Position numbers and translations under genes: made by a program. A DNA stretch of 63,068 bases, filler included. It is 16 parts of 16 records of this genome, joined end to end, with 100 filler letters (N's around TTAATTAATTAA, not from the genome) between each part and the next. Parts side by side here need not be neighbours in the genome. Positions count along the whole stretch, not along the records: positions 37,107 to 43,149 come from SRR11831580_430; positions 43,250 to 47,798 come from SRR11831580_432; positions 47,899 to 52,409 come from SRR11831580_438; 13 more parts are not named here. The stretch is one strand, 5' to 3'. Of this stretch, positions 42,242-52,509 are shown in pieces (the stretch's first letter is position 1; every line of letters starts with the position of its first letter). The notes under the pieces were generated by a model, which worked only from the letters and a program-made list of their open reading frames with translations, did no database searches and was not told the DNA's origin.

Positions 42242-43102
42242 TTACCCCTGCTGCTCCAGCGCATACTTATACAGCGCATTTTTCTTCACGCCGTGAATTT
42301 CTGCGGCCAGCGCCGCCGCTTTTTTCAGCGGCAGTTCTGCCTGTAGCAGCGCCAGCGTGCGCAGGGCATCGGCGGGTAAGTCTTCTTCCTGTGCTTTATG
42401 ACCTTCGACAATCAGCACCATTTCGCCTTTGCGACGGTTTTCATCTTCCTTTACCCACGCCAGCAGCTCGCCAACGGGCGCGCCGTGAATGGTTTCCCAG
42501 GTTTTGGTCAGCTCACGCGCCAGAACCACGTAGCGGGATTCGCCTAATACCGCAACGATATCTTCCAGGCTATCTAACAGACGGTGGGTAGATTCATAAA
42601 AAATCAGCGTGCGCGGCTCCGCTTCAATGGCTTTTAGCGCATCACGGCGGCCTTTTGATTTGGCAGGTAAAAAGCCTTCGTAACAGAAACGGTCAGAGGG
42701 TAAACCCGCTGCGCTTAACGCAGTGATAGCAGCACACGGCCCGGGTAGCGGCACCACGCGGATCCCCGCTTCACGGCAGGTACGCACCAGATGGTAGCCA
42801 GGATCGTTAATTAGCGGCGTTCCGGCATCGGAAACCAGCGCAATGTTTTGCCCCTCTTGCAGCTTCGCCAGCAGCGTTTCAGCTTTTTGTTGTTCGTTAT
42901 GGTCGTGCAGCGCAAACAACCGGGCATTAATCCCAAAATGTTGCAGCAATAAACCGGTGTGACGAGTATCCTCGGCGGCAATCAGATCAACGGCCTGTAA
43001 TACCTCTAACGCACGCTGGGTGATATCCGCCAGATTGCCGATTGGCGTCGGTACAATGTAAAGCTGGCCCTGAGAATTATCCGCCGATTGGTGTTGTTTC
43101 AT
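42242..43102 (-). CDS. rsmI: 16S rRNA C1402 2'-O-methyltransferase
   Basis: [27 protein letters not shown] and RELTK motifs. Confidence 0.98.
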
Positions 43103-43249
43103 TGTGTCGTCCGTATTGCCGATTTAATATTGAGCATTGCGTAAAAAAANNNNNNNNNNNNNNNNNNNNNNNNNNNNNNNNNNNNNNNNNNNNTTAATTA
43201 ATTAANNNNNNNNNNNNNNNNNNNNNNNNNNNNNNNNNNNNNNNNNNNN

Positions 43250-43569
43250 TCTTCCCAGGCAAGATTGTGCACCCGATTGGTACATAGCGCCTGCATCAGC
43301 AGGTGCCAGGCGGGGTGAAAACGCACATCGTCCAGACGGCGTCCTTGCGCATCGTAGCGCAATAATTCAGGCGGATTCACATTCGCCAGCCGCCCCAGTT
43401 CAAGGGATTCAGCCGTTCCTAACTGCTGACCAATACTGGCTAGAAAATCGCTATCCCAGCCAGCACCTTCACGCGTTACCGCTTCGCAGAGCGCGCCATC
43501 AGACAGGTATAAGTTGCTGTTATTTAATGGTATAGGTTGATTAAAAACGGTGTGAGTTTGCCAGTGCAC
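43250..43569 (-). CDS. aidB: Acyl-CoA dehydrogenase-like AidB, N-terminal part
   Basis: GTG at 43569 after GGAGGGAG reads MHWQTHTVFNQP...FHPAWH. Confidence 0.93.
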
Positions 43570-43652
43570 TGTGTCTCCCTCCATCAATGGCAGTCACCAT
43601 TAGTATGGTCACTGCCATGGATTCATGACAGAAAGAGATTGCTAAAACATTC

Positions 43653-44816
43653 TTATCCAGCAATGTAATGCGGAACGAAACGTGAGGTGTCTTTGGTGAT
43701 CAGTGTGTTATCTTCACGGATCCCCATTCCGCACGCTTCATCATCGACAATCCAGCTACCGATGAGTGTGTAGCTATCGCCAAACCGCGGCAGAGGTTGA
43801 AACGCCTGGTAGATCATCGGTTCATCGGCGTAATCACCATCAGCGTGGTCAACAACGTTATTCTTGCCGTCAAAAATGGTGACGTTGCCGCCTTCGCGCG
43901 AATAGATTGGTTTACGCACATAGCTTTCGCCAGCGGCAATCTGCGGTTTCTCGCCATCGAACCAGGACGCAAGAAGATTAGGATGACCAGGGAAGAAGCG
44001 CCAAAGCAGCGGCATTAGCCCTTTATTACTCAAGATACTTTTCCATAACGGCTCCACCCATTGCTCGCGACGCTTGCGCAGCAGCGGACCGTTATCGTCA
44101 CGCATCATCCACTCCAGCGGATACAGCTTAAATGCACGCTGGATGACATTATCATCAAGATCGGTCAGTACGCCGCCGACGCCCAAACCGAGATCTTCAA
44201 TGTAGATAAACCGCGACTCCTGCCCTGCCTGCTGGGCGCAGTCCTGCAAGTACAGCACGGTACTCCTGTCTTCATCGGTGTCCTGACAGCAGCAAAAATA
44301 AAACGGTTCCCGACTGTAAAGCTCGCTAAAGCGTGAAATCAGGCGTTCCTGAATAGCATTGTACTGATCGGCATCACGCGGAATAATGCCGCTGCGCCGG
44401 GCATCCTCCAGCCACAGCCACTGGAAATAAGCCGACTCGTACAATGAAGTTGGCGTATCGGCGTTGTACTCCAGCAGCTTCACCGGCGCATTGCCACACC
44501 AGGCAAAATCCATCCGTCCATACAGCGAAGGATCGCGGGCGCGCCAGCTTTCAGCGATCACATCCCAGTACAACGGCGGGATCGCCAGTTGCGTCAGGAT
44601 CTCTTCATCTTTTACCGCGCGATCCACCACCTCAAGGCACATCTGATGCAGTTCCGCAGTCGGTTTTTCGATCTGCTCTTCAATCTGGCGCAGAGTAAAA
44701 CGGTAAGCCCGACTCTCATCCCAATAGATTTCATTGTCGATGATATGAAAGTCGAAACCGTTGTCAGCGGCGATCTGGTCCAGATCCCGTCGCACAGGAA
44801 CGTTGTGTCTCAGCAT
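43653..44816 (-). CDS. yjfC: Glutathionylspermidine synthase-like ATP-grasp ligase
   Basis: YGRMDF, LLEYNADTPT, FKLYPLEW and SREG motifs; 387 aa from ATG 44816. Confidence 0.95.
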   Translation of the reverse strand: MLRHNVPVRRDLDQIAADNGFDFHIIDNEIYWDESRAYRFTLRQIEEQIEKPTAELHQMCLEVVDRAVKDEEILTQLAIPPLYWDVIAESWRARDPSLYGRMDFAWCGNAPVKLLEYNADTPTSLYESAYFQWLWLEDARRSGIIPRDADQYNAIQERLISRFSELYSREPFYFCCCQDTDEDRSTVLYLQDCAQQAGQESRFIYIEDLGLGVGGVLTDLDDNVIQRAFKLYPLEWMMRDDNGPLLRKRREQWVEPLWKSILSNKGLMPLLWRFFPGHPNLLASWFDGEKPQIAAGESYVRKPIYSREGGNVTIFDGKNNVVDHADGDYADEPMIYQAFQPLPRFGDSYTLIGSWIVDDEACGMGIREDNTLITKDTSRFVPHYIAG

Positions 44817-44818
44817 GA

Positions 44819-45457
44819 TTAGCCTCCCCAATGCCCACGGGCGCTGGAAGAACGACCATAGCCGCCGCGAGAAACGGTAGACGCTTTTTTGGTGGTAAAG
44901 CCGCCCGAAGAGTAAGACTCTTTTTTGCCAGAACCGGAGCGCCAGGAGTAATCACCAGAAGTGCTGCGCCAGACTGGGCGCGAAGCAAAAGAGGAACCGC
45001 CGCTGTTATAAACAAACGGCTCATCGCGATCTTTACGAATAACCCGGCTTAACAAAAATCCAGAAACGACCGGGATCCAACTCTGTTCAACATTGTCGTA
45101 GTAGCAATTTTCGTACTTAGACTGACAGTTCTGCTGAGTCATATTCTTCGGAACATCGGCATAAAATGCCGTTTTGGCGTTGTTCCAGCCACGCGCGCAA
45201 ATGTCGGCATTATTACCGTCATCAATACAATCCTGCACTGTCGCGTAAAACGTTCCGTCGCCGTCGTTATCGACATCGCTACTATCGCTACAACCTTTCA
45301 ATACGAAAAAAGCGGCACCGCCCATTAGCGCCAACGTTAAGTATTTTTGTGCGTAGCGATTGCGGCACGGTTCAAAAGGATTATTCGGTCTACCAATGCG
45401 ACTAATCGCTCCGTGACCAATTTTACTGTTATTTCTTGATTTGCGTTTTCTGGCCAT
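44819..45457 (-). CDS. yjfM: DUF1190-family (YgiB-like) putative lipoprotein
   Basis: Hydrophobic segment with LKGC, paired cysteines, SRGGYG tail. Confidence 0.9.
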   Translation of the reverse strand: MARKRKSRNNSKIGHGAISRIGRPNNPFEPCRNRYAQKYLTLALMGGAAFFVLKGCSDSSDVDNDGDGTFYATVQDCIDDGNNADICARGWNNAKTAFYADVPKNMTQQNCQSKYENCYYDNVEQSWIPVVSGFLLSRVIRKDRDEPFVYNSGGSSFASRPVWRSTSGDYSWRSGSGKKESYSSGGFTTKKASTVSRGGYGRSSSARGHWGG

Positions 45458-45466
45458 GATCGTCCA

Positions 45467-45865
45467 TTACCATGTCATACAAGCTGCGTTAAAAATACCG
45501 CCAGCCAGCGCGGCGGTTCCCATAAACATTCCTGCTGCGGTATTGTGATTAATAATTTTTTCGCTTAATGCGGGCATATAAAGTCTGACACCAGCAAAAA
45601 CGAGTAACTGAATCACCAGTGCAATCCCGCCCCAGGCGAAATAGTCTGGAATACTCACCGCATTGATTGCCGCACTGGATAAGGGGATAACGTAACCCAA
45701 CAATGTACCGCTGAACGCCAGTGACGCCGCGGTATTATTGTTTTTGATTAACTGCCATTCGTTGTGCGGTGTAATTTTAGAATAGATAAACAGAAAAATA
45801 ATCACCATAGCCACGCCAATAAAAAAATAGGCGCTAAAGGCAAGAAGTGAATCCAGTATATGCAT
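45467..45865 (-). CDS. yjfL: DUF350-family inner membrane protein
   Basis: 132 aa with 4 hydrophobic segments; KITPH and NTAA repeats. Confidence 0.9.
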   Translation of the reverse strand: MHILDSLLAFSAYFFIGVAMVIIFLFIYSKITPHNEWQLIKNNNTAASLAFSGTLLGYVIPLSSAAINAVSIPDYFAWGGIALVIQLLVFAGVRLYMPALSEKIINHNTAAGMFMGTAALAGGIFNAACMTW

Positions 45866-45882
45866 TGTAAACGTCCTTGTAA

Positions 45883-46542
45883 TTAACCAATAATATGAAG
45901 TGATGTCAGCGGGATATCGACACCCAACGCGCGCGAAAATAACCACTCTGGCTCGCCGAGATCGTTAAAAGATTCCTCACCATTTAGCAGCAAATATTCG
46001 TAAGTATCTTCGGTTACTTGCCGTTGGTAGCCCATGGTAAAATTATGGACCTCCCATTTGGCATGGTTTTGATTTTCTACTTTTTCCAGCATGTAGACGG
46101 GTTCGATATTTCCCGGTTCTTCGCTGTTAAAAAATCGCTGCCAGCGTTTTTCCTGCCAGTTTAAGGTCATTGCTCCCATCGCTTTGGCGTTGATCGCCTC
46201 GCGCCAGTGACTCTCTTTACTGATACCGTAGCTCTCTTCATAGACAAAGAGCTTGATATCATCAATGTCATCAATATCTTCGCCGCCGGTGGTATTGATT
46301 TGCAGAAACTCATCGCCTGAAGTGTAGTAGCGGAAAATCTGACTACCGCCGCCCAGATCGATGTGGCTGACGGCGGCTACCGTAAATTCCTCACCCGGCA
46401 GCGCAATCAGCAATTCATCTTCCAGCAAACGAAACGCTAACGTGTCGAGCGTAAAGCCACTATTGAGATGAAGTCCCAGCGGACCACGAGCGATAGCTGG
46501 CTTATTATCCTTGCCAAACAGACGCTGGAAAAAACCAGACAT
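45883..46542 (-). CDS. yjfK: DUF2491-family protein
   Basis: 219 aa acidic protein; position in the yjf operon. Confidence 0.88.
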   Translation of the reverse strand: MSGFFQRLFGKDNKPAIARGPLGLHLNSGFTLDTLAFRLLEDELLIALPGEEFTVAAVSHIDLGGGSQIFRYYTSGDEFLQINTTGGEDIDDIDDIKLFVYEESYGISKESHWREAINAKAMGAMTLNWQEKRWQRFFNSEEPGNIEPVYMLEKVENQNHAKWEVHNFTMGYQRQVTEDTYEYLLLNGEESFNDLGEPEWLFSRALGVDIPLTSLHIIG

Positions 46543-46560
46543 ATTTTATCCTTAAAATAG

Positions 46561-46587
46561 TTGCCAGCCTTTTAGCGAGGCTGGCAA
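46561..46587. terminator. Intergenic hairpin between yjfJ and yjfK
   Basis: TTGCCAGCCT-N7-AGGCTGGCAA inverted repeat. Confidence 0.6.
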
Positions 46588-46592
46588 AAAAA

Positions 46593-47291
46593 TTACTCGC
46601 CCTGTTGGCGTTGCAGTCTTGCTAATACATCCTGGGCGCTACTTTTATTGCTACCGCCAATTCCGGCTTCCGCCAGCTTTTCGTCAAGGTCGCGACCGTC
46701 TGCGACTTTCTCCAACTGTGCGGCAGCATCCAGGCGAGCCTGACGTTCGGCCTGACGCGTTTGCAGGCGTTTTAAGGATTCTGCCGCTGTCGAAACGCTG
46801 GAAGATGCGCCAACGGTAGAGGTTGTTACAGCCTGTTGTGCACGCTGCATGGCTTCAGTGGCTTTAACGACTTCCATTTGCTGCTCAAACTGAGCGATAC
46901 GCTGCGCTGTCGCTGTAACTGCTTTTTCCACGCCATCACGGGAGACTTCCAGATTCGACAACACTTGCTCTTCAGCGGTAATGAGATTCTCAAGGCGCGC
47001 GATTTCTTCAGCAACTTCGTTAATCAACGACGGATTAACGTTCTTGCTTAACGCTTCCAGCGCACGGGCTTCCAGACTGGCTTTGCGCTCACGTAAATCT
47101 TTCAGCTTATCGTGACTTAATTTCACCCGCGCCAGCAGATCAACGCGAGATTTTCCGGCTTTATCGAGTTCAGCTTTAGCGTCACGAATATGCTGTTCCA
47201 GCATGCGCACGCCCTGGGTTTCTTCAATGGATTCTTCCGCCTGGGAGATAAACGATTTCCCCAGCGTAAATAAACTTTTTAAAATTCCCAT
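46593..47291 (-). CDS. yjfJ: PspA/IM30-family coiled-coil protein
   Basis: Amphipathic MGILKSLF start, LEQHIRDA, long coiled coil and C-terminal VLARL. Confidence 0.93.
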   Translation of the reverse strand: MGILKSLFTLGKSFISQAEESIEETQGVRMLEQHIRDAKAELDKAGKSRVDLLARVKLSHDKLKDLRERKASLEARALEALSKNVNPSLINEVAEEIARLENLITAEEQVLSNLEVSRDGVEKAVTATAQRIAQFEQQMEVVKATEAMQRAQQAVTTSTVGASSSVSTAAESLKRLQTRQAERQARLDAAAQLEKVADGRDLDEKLAEAGIGGSNKSSAQDVLARLQRQQGE

Positions 47292-47309
47292 AAATACCCG
47301 TCCTTGTAA

Positions 47310-47711
47310 TTAGTGTGAATATTCTTCTGTAATTTCAGCCAGATCCAATGCGTTATCTACCAGCGAGGTTATCTCAAGCAGGATATCTTCAAGAGAAGAT
47401 TTAAGCGATAACGCCCCGAAAACAATGTAATACTCTTCCTGTTGTACGCTGGAGATCCCTACCGATGACAACGGCATCATCTTCTGATTTCTTAATAAGA
47501 AGGTATTAAATTCATCTGGATTGCTGATACTACTCACCGGACAAATAAAGGTTTCGATAATCATTTGGCGGGAAGTAAAAAGAATATTGATTTGCAAATC
47601 GCCATAATCATTCATTTTAATAATTAATGCGTTCTCGCTATTTGTTACATCAATATTTTGTTCAGGTACAGTTTGCAGCGCCGTCGCTAGCGCCAACGGA
47701 TTCCATGTCAT
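47310..47711 (-). CDS. yjfI: DUF2170-family protein
   Basis: 133 aa, LLR.QKMMPLS motif; first gene of the yjf operon. Confidence 0.88.
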   Translation of the reverse strand: MTWNPLALATALQTVPEQNIDVTNSENALIIKMNDYGDLQINILFTSRQMIIETFICPVSSISNPDEFNTFLLRNQKMMPLSSVGISSVQQEEYYIVFGALSLKSSLEDILLEITSLVDNALDLAEITEEYSH

Positions 47712-47898
47712 ATATTATTCCATATAGATTAAGTTTAAATATTAATAAAATGAATATTTGCAATACGTAATTATCTTACCAGCTATAGACAAAAAAAANN
47801 NNNNNNNNNNNNNNNNNNNNNNNNNNNNNNNNNNNNNNNNNNTTAATTAATTAANNNNNNNNNNNNNNNNNNNNNNNNNNNNNNNNNNNNNNNNNNNN

Positions 47899-47923
47899 GC
47901 ATACATTATACGAAGTTATACGA
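47899..47923. other. 454 Titanium paired-end linker remnant (partial loxP)
   Basis: Same 25-mer as 37107-37131, fused directly into yghJ coding sequence at a contig start. Confidence 0.93.
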
Positions 47924-50900
47924 CCTGTAGATTCTGGAACAGGGTCTTTGCCGGAAGTGAAACCTGATCCAACACCAAACCCGGAGCCGACGCCTGAGCC
48001 AACGCCGGACCCAGAGCCTACGCCAGAACCGATACCTGATCCTGAACCAACACCAGAACCGGAGCCAGAACCTGTTCCTACGAAAACGGGTTATCTGACC
48101 CTGGGCGGAAGCCAGCGGGTAACTGGTGCTACCTGTAATGGTGAATCCAGCGATGGCTTTACATTTAAACCTGGCGAGGACGTTACTTGCGTGGCGGGTA
48201 ACACGACAATTGCCACCTTCAACACTCAGTCAGAAGCTGCGCGTAGCTTGCGTGCGGTTGAAAAAGTGTCGTTTAGCCTTGAGGACGCGCAAGAACTGGC
48301 GGGCTCCGATGACAAGAAAAGCAATGCGGTTTCGCTGGTAACGTCCAGTAACAGCTGTCCGGCGAATACAGAACAGGTTTGTCTGACGTTCTCCTCGGTG
48401 ATCGAGAGTAAACGCTTCGACTCGCTGTATAAGCAAATCGATCTGGCACCGGAAGAGTTCAAAAAGCTGGTCAATGAAGAGGTGGAAAACAATGCTGCGA
48501 CCGATAAAGCGCCATCCACTCATACTTCACCGGTCGTGCCCGTCACCACGCCGGGAACAAAACCGGATCTGAACGCTTCCTTCGTGTCGGCTAACGCGGA
48601 ACAGTTTTATCAGTATCAACCCACTGAAATCATTCTCTCTGAAGGTCGACTGGTCGATAGCCAGGGATATGGTGTTGCTGGCGTCAACTACTACACCAAT
48701 TCAGGCCGTGGCGTGACAGGGGAAAATGGTGAATTTTCCTTTAGCTGGGGCGAAACCATCTCCTTTGGTATCGATACCTTTGAACTGGGTTCAGTGCGCG
48801 GCAATAAGTCGACCATTGCGCTGACTGAACTGGGTGATGAAGTTCGCGGGGCGAATATTGATCAGCTTATTCATCGCTATTCGACGACCGGGCAAAATAA
48901 TACCCGTGTTGTTCCGGACGATGTACGCAAGGTCTTTGCCGAATATCCCAACGTGATCAACGAGATTATCAATCTCTCGTTATCCAACGGTGCGACGCTG
49001 GGGGAAGGTGAGCAAGTCGTTAATCTGCCTAACGAATTTATTGAGCAGTTTAATACGGGTCAGGCCAAAGAGATCGATACCGCGATTTGTGCGAAAACCG
49101 ATGGTTGTAACGAGGCTCGCTGGTTCTCGCTGACGACGCGCAATGTTAATGACGGCCAGATTCAGGGCGTTATCAACAAGCTGTGGGGCGTGGATACGAA
49201 CTACAAATCTGTCAGCAAGTTCCATGTATTCCATGACTCCACCAACTTCTATGGCAGCACGGGTAATGCGCGCGGTCAGGCGGTGGTGAATATCTCCAAC
49301 GCGGCCTTCCCGATTCTGATGGCGCGTAATGATAAAAACTACTGGCTGGCCTTCGGCGAAAAACGCGCCTGGGATAAAAACGAGCTGGCGTACATTACGG
49401 AAGCGCCTTCTCTTGTTGAGCCGGAAAACGTTACGCGCGATACCGCCACCTTTAACCTGCCGTTTATTTCGCTGGGGCAAGTCGGTGAGGGCAAACTGAT
49501 GGTTATCGGTAACCCACACTACAACAGCATTTTGCGTTGCCCGAACGGTTACAGCTGGAACGGGGGCGTTAATAAAGATGGGCAGTGTACGCTCAACAGC
49601 GACCCGGATGACATGAAGAACTTCATGGAGAACGTGCTGCGCTATCTGTCCGACGATAAATGGAAGCCGGACGCGAAAGCCAGCATGACCGTAGGCACCA
49701 ACCTGGATACTGTCTATTTTAAACGTCATGGTCAGGTTACAGGAAACAGCGCTGCGTTCGACTTCCATCCGGATTTTGCGGGCATCTCTGTTGAGCATTT
49801 AAGTAGCTATGGCGATCTCGATCCGCAGGAAATGCCGCTGCTGATCCTTAACGGCTTTGAATATGTGACTCAGGTGGGTAACGATCCTTATGCAATCCCG
49901 CTGCGTGCAGATACCAGCAAACCGAAGCTGACTCAGCAGGATGTGACCGATCTGATCGCCTATCTGAACAAAGGTGGATCGGTGCTGATCATGGAAAACG
50001 TGATGAGCAATCTTAAGGAAGAGAGCGCGTCTGGTTTTGTGCGTCTGTTGGATGCCGCAGGTCTGTCGATGGCACTGAACAAGTCGGTAGTAAATAACGA
50101 TCCGCAAGGGTATCCGAACCGCGTTCGTCAGCAGCGCGCAACGGGCATTTGGGTCTATGAACGTTATCCTGCCGTAGATGGTGCGCTGCCGTACACCATC
50201 GATAGTAAGACAGGGGAAGTTAAGTGGAAATATCAGGTAGAAAACAAACCTGATGACAAACCGAAGCTGGAAGTTGCCAGCTGGCTGGAAGATGTAGATG
50301 GCAAACAGGAAACGCGTTATGCCTTTATTGATGAGGCCGATCATAAAACAGAGGATTCTCTGAAGGCTGCGAAGGAGAAAATTTTCGCCGCGTTCCCGGG
50401 GCTGAAAGAGTGTACTAATCCGGCATATCACTATGAGGTCAACTGCCTGGAATATCGTCCTGGCACGGGGGTTCCGGTTACTGGTGGCATGTATGTTCCA
50501 CAGTATACGCAACTAAGCCTTAACGCCGACACTGCAAAAGCGATGGTGCAGGCTGCGGATTTAGGCACCAACATTCAGCGTCTGTATCAGCATGAGCTCT
50601 ACTTCCGGACCAATGGTCGCAAAGGTGAGCGTCTGAGCAGCGTCGATCTGGAACGTCTGTACCAGAACATGTCGGTCTGGCTGTGGAACGATACGAGCTA
50701 TCGTTATGAAGAAGGCAAAAATGACGAGCTGGGCTTTAAAACGTTCACCGAGTTCCTGAACTGCTACGCCAATGATGCCTATGCAGGCGGCACCAAGTGT
50801 TCTGCAGATCTGAAAAAATCGCTGGTCGATAACAACATGATCTACGGTGACGGTAGCAGCAAAGCGGGCATGATGAACCCGAGCTACCCGCTCAACTATA

Positions 50901-52378
50901 TGGAAAAACCGCTGACACGCCTGATGCTGGGCCGTTCCTGGTGGGATCTGAACATCAAAGTTGATGTCGAGAAGTATCCGGGAGCAGTATCGGAAGAGGG
51001 ACAGAACGTTACTGAAACCATCAGCCTGTACTCGAATCCGACCAAATGGTTTGCAGGTAACATGCAGTCAACTGGCCTGTGGGCACCGGCTCAGAAAGAG
51101 GTCACCATTAAGTCCAATGCGAACGTTCCTGTGACCGTCACCGTGGCGCTGGCTGACGACCTGACCGGACGTGAGAAGCATGAAGTTGCGCTGAACCGTC
51201 CGCCAAGAGTGACTAAAACGTACTCTCTGGACGCTAGCGGTACGGTGAAGTTCAAGGTGCCTTACGGTGGCCTGATTTATATCAAGGGCAATAGCTCTAC
51301 CAATGAATCTGCCAGCTTCACCTTTACTGGCGTGGTAAAAGCACCGTTCTATAAAGACGGCGCATGGAAAAACGATCTGAACTCACCGGCTCCGCTGGGT
51401 GAGCTGGAATCAGACGCTTTCGTCTATACCACACCGAAGAAGAACCTGAATGCCAGCAATTACACTGGCGGACTGGAGCAATTCGCTAACGATCTGGATA
51501 CCTTTGCCAGCTCGATGAATGACTTCTACGGCCGTGATAGCGAAGACGGTAAGCACCGGATGTTTACCTATAAAAACTTGCCGGGCCACAAACATCGTTT
51601 CACCAACGATGTGCAGATCTCCATCGGTGATGCGCATTCGGGTTATCCGGTAATGAACAGCAGCTTCTCGCCGAACAGCACCACGCTGCCGACGACGCCG
51701 CTGAACGACTGGCTGATCTGGCATGAAGTCGGTCATAACGCCGCAGAAACGCCGTTGACTGTACCGGGTGCAACTGAAGTCGCTAACAACGTGCTGGCGC
51801 TGTACATGCAGGATCGTTATCTCGGCAAGATGAACCGTGTCGCTGACGATATTACCGTCGCACCGGAATATCTGGAGGAGAGCAACAACCAGGCATGGGC
51901 ACGCGGCGGTGCGGGTGACCGTCTGCTGATGTACGCACAGCTGAAGGAATGGGCAGAGAAAAACTTTGATATCAAGAAATGGTATCCAGATGGCACTCCT
52001 CTGCCAGAGTTTTACAGCGAGCGTGAAGGGATGAAAGGCTGGAACCTGTTCCAGTTGATGCATCGTAAAGCACGCGGCGATGAGGTCAGCAATGACAAGT
52101 TTGGCGGCAAGAATTACTGTGCTGAATCCAACGGTAACGCAGCGGACACGCTGATGCTGTGTGCCTCCTGGGTCGCCCAGACGGATCTTTCGGAGTTCTT
52201 TAAGAAATGGAATCCGGGCGCGAATGCTTACCAGCTGCCGGGGGCGAGCGAGATGAGCTTCGAGGGCGGTGTGAGCCAGTCGGCTTACAACACGCTCGCG
52301 TCACTCGATCTGCCGAAACCGGAACAGGGACCGGAAACCATTAATCAGGTTACCGAGCATAAGATGTCTGCCGAGTAA
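47924..52378 (+). CDS. yghJ: Secreted lipoprotein metalloprotease SslE/YghJ (M60-like); signal peptide missing
   Basis: Pro-rich linker, MQSTGLWAP and Zn motif WHEVGH...ATEVANN; about 1480 codons. Confidence 0.96.
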   Translation, partial: PVDSGTGSLPEVKPDPTPNPEPTPEPTPDPEPTPEPIPDPEPTPEPEPEPVPTKTGYLTLGGSQRVTGATCNGESSDGFTFKPGEDVTCVAGNTTIATFNTQSEAARSLRAVEKVSFSLEDAQELAGSDDKKSNAVSLVTSSNSCPANTEQVCLTFSSVIESKRFDSLYKQIDLAPEEFKKLVNEEVENNAATDKAPSTHTSPVVPVTTPGTKPDLNASFVSANAEQFYQYQPTEIILSEGRLVDSQGYGVAGVNYYTNSGRGVTGENGEFSFSWGETISFGIDTFELGSVRGNKSTIALTELGDEVRGANIDQLIHRYSTTGQNNTRVVPDDVRKVFAEYPNVINEIINLSLSNGATLGEGEQVVNLPNEFIEQFNTGQAKEIDTAICAKTDGCNEARWFSLTTRNVNDGQIQGVINKLWGVDTNYKSVSKFHVFHDSTNFYGSTGNARGQAVVNISNAAFPILMARNDKNYWLAFGEKRAWDKNELAYITEAPSLVEPENVTRDTATFNLPFISLGQVGEGKLMVIGNPHYNSILRCPNGYSWNGGVNKDGQCTLNSDPDDMKNFMENVLRYLSDDKWKPDAKASMTVGTNLDTVYFKRHGQVTGNSAAFDFHPDFAGISVEHLSSYGDLDPQEMPLLILNGFEYVTQVGNDPYAIPLRADTSKPKLTQQDVTDLIAYLNKGGSVLIMENVMSNLKEESASGFVRLLDAAGLSMALNKSVVNNDPQGYPNRVRQQRATGIWVYERYPAVDGALPYTIDSKTGEVKWKYQVENKPDDKPKLEVASWLEDVDGKQETRYAFIDEADHKTEDSLKAAKEKIFAAFPGLKECTNPAYHYEVNCLEYRPGTGVPVTGGMYVPQYTQLSLNADTAKAMVQAADLGTNIQRLYQHELYFRTNGRKGERLSSVDLERLYQNMSVWLWNDTSYRYEEGKNDELGFKTFTEFLNCYANDAYAGGTKCSADLKKSLVDNNMIYGDGSSKAGMMNPSYPLNYMEKPLTRLMLGRSWWDLNIKVDVEKYPGAVSEEGQNVTETISLYSNPTKWFAGNMQSTGLWAPAQKEVTIKSNANVPVTVTVALADDLTGREKHEVALNRPPRVTKTYSLDASGTVKFKVPYGGLIYIKGNSSTNESASFTFTGVVKAPFYKDGAWKNDLNSPAPLGELESDAFVYTTPKKNLNASNYTGGLEQFANDLDTFASSMNDFYGRDSEDGKHRMFTYKNLPGHKHRFTNDVQISIGDAHSGYPVMNSSFSPNSTTLPTTPLNDWLIWHEVGHNAAETPLTVPGATEVANNVLALYMQDRYLGKMNRVADDITVAPEYLEESNNQAWARGGAGDRLLMYAQLKEWAEKNFDIKKWYPDGTPLPEFYSEREGMKGWNLFQLMHRKARGDEVSNDKFGGKNYCAESNGNAADTLMLCASWVAQTDLSEFFKKWNPGANAYQLPGASEMSFEGGVSQSAYNTLASLDLPKPEQGPETINQVTEHKMSAE
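47963..48080 (+). repeat. Degenerate coding repeat (PEPT/PDPE)n, the Pro-rich linker of SslE
   Basis: PDPTPNPEPTPEPTPDPEPTPEPIPDPEPTPEPEPEPVP. Confidence 0.85.
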
Positions 52379-52382
52379 GCCC

Positions 52383-52409
52383 GTAGGCCGGATAAGGCGC
52401 TCGCGCCGC
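52383..52409. repeat. REP element truncated at a contig end
   Basis: GTAGGCCGGATAAGGCGCTCGCGCCGC matches the REP consensus. Confidence 0.9.
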
Positions 52410-52509
52410 NNNNNNNNNNNNNNNNNNNNNNNNNNNNNNNNNNNNNNNNNNNNTTAATTAATTAANNNNNNNNNNNNNNNNNNNNNNNNNNNNNNNNNNN
52501 NNNNNNNNN

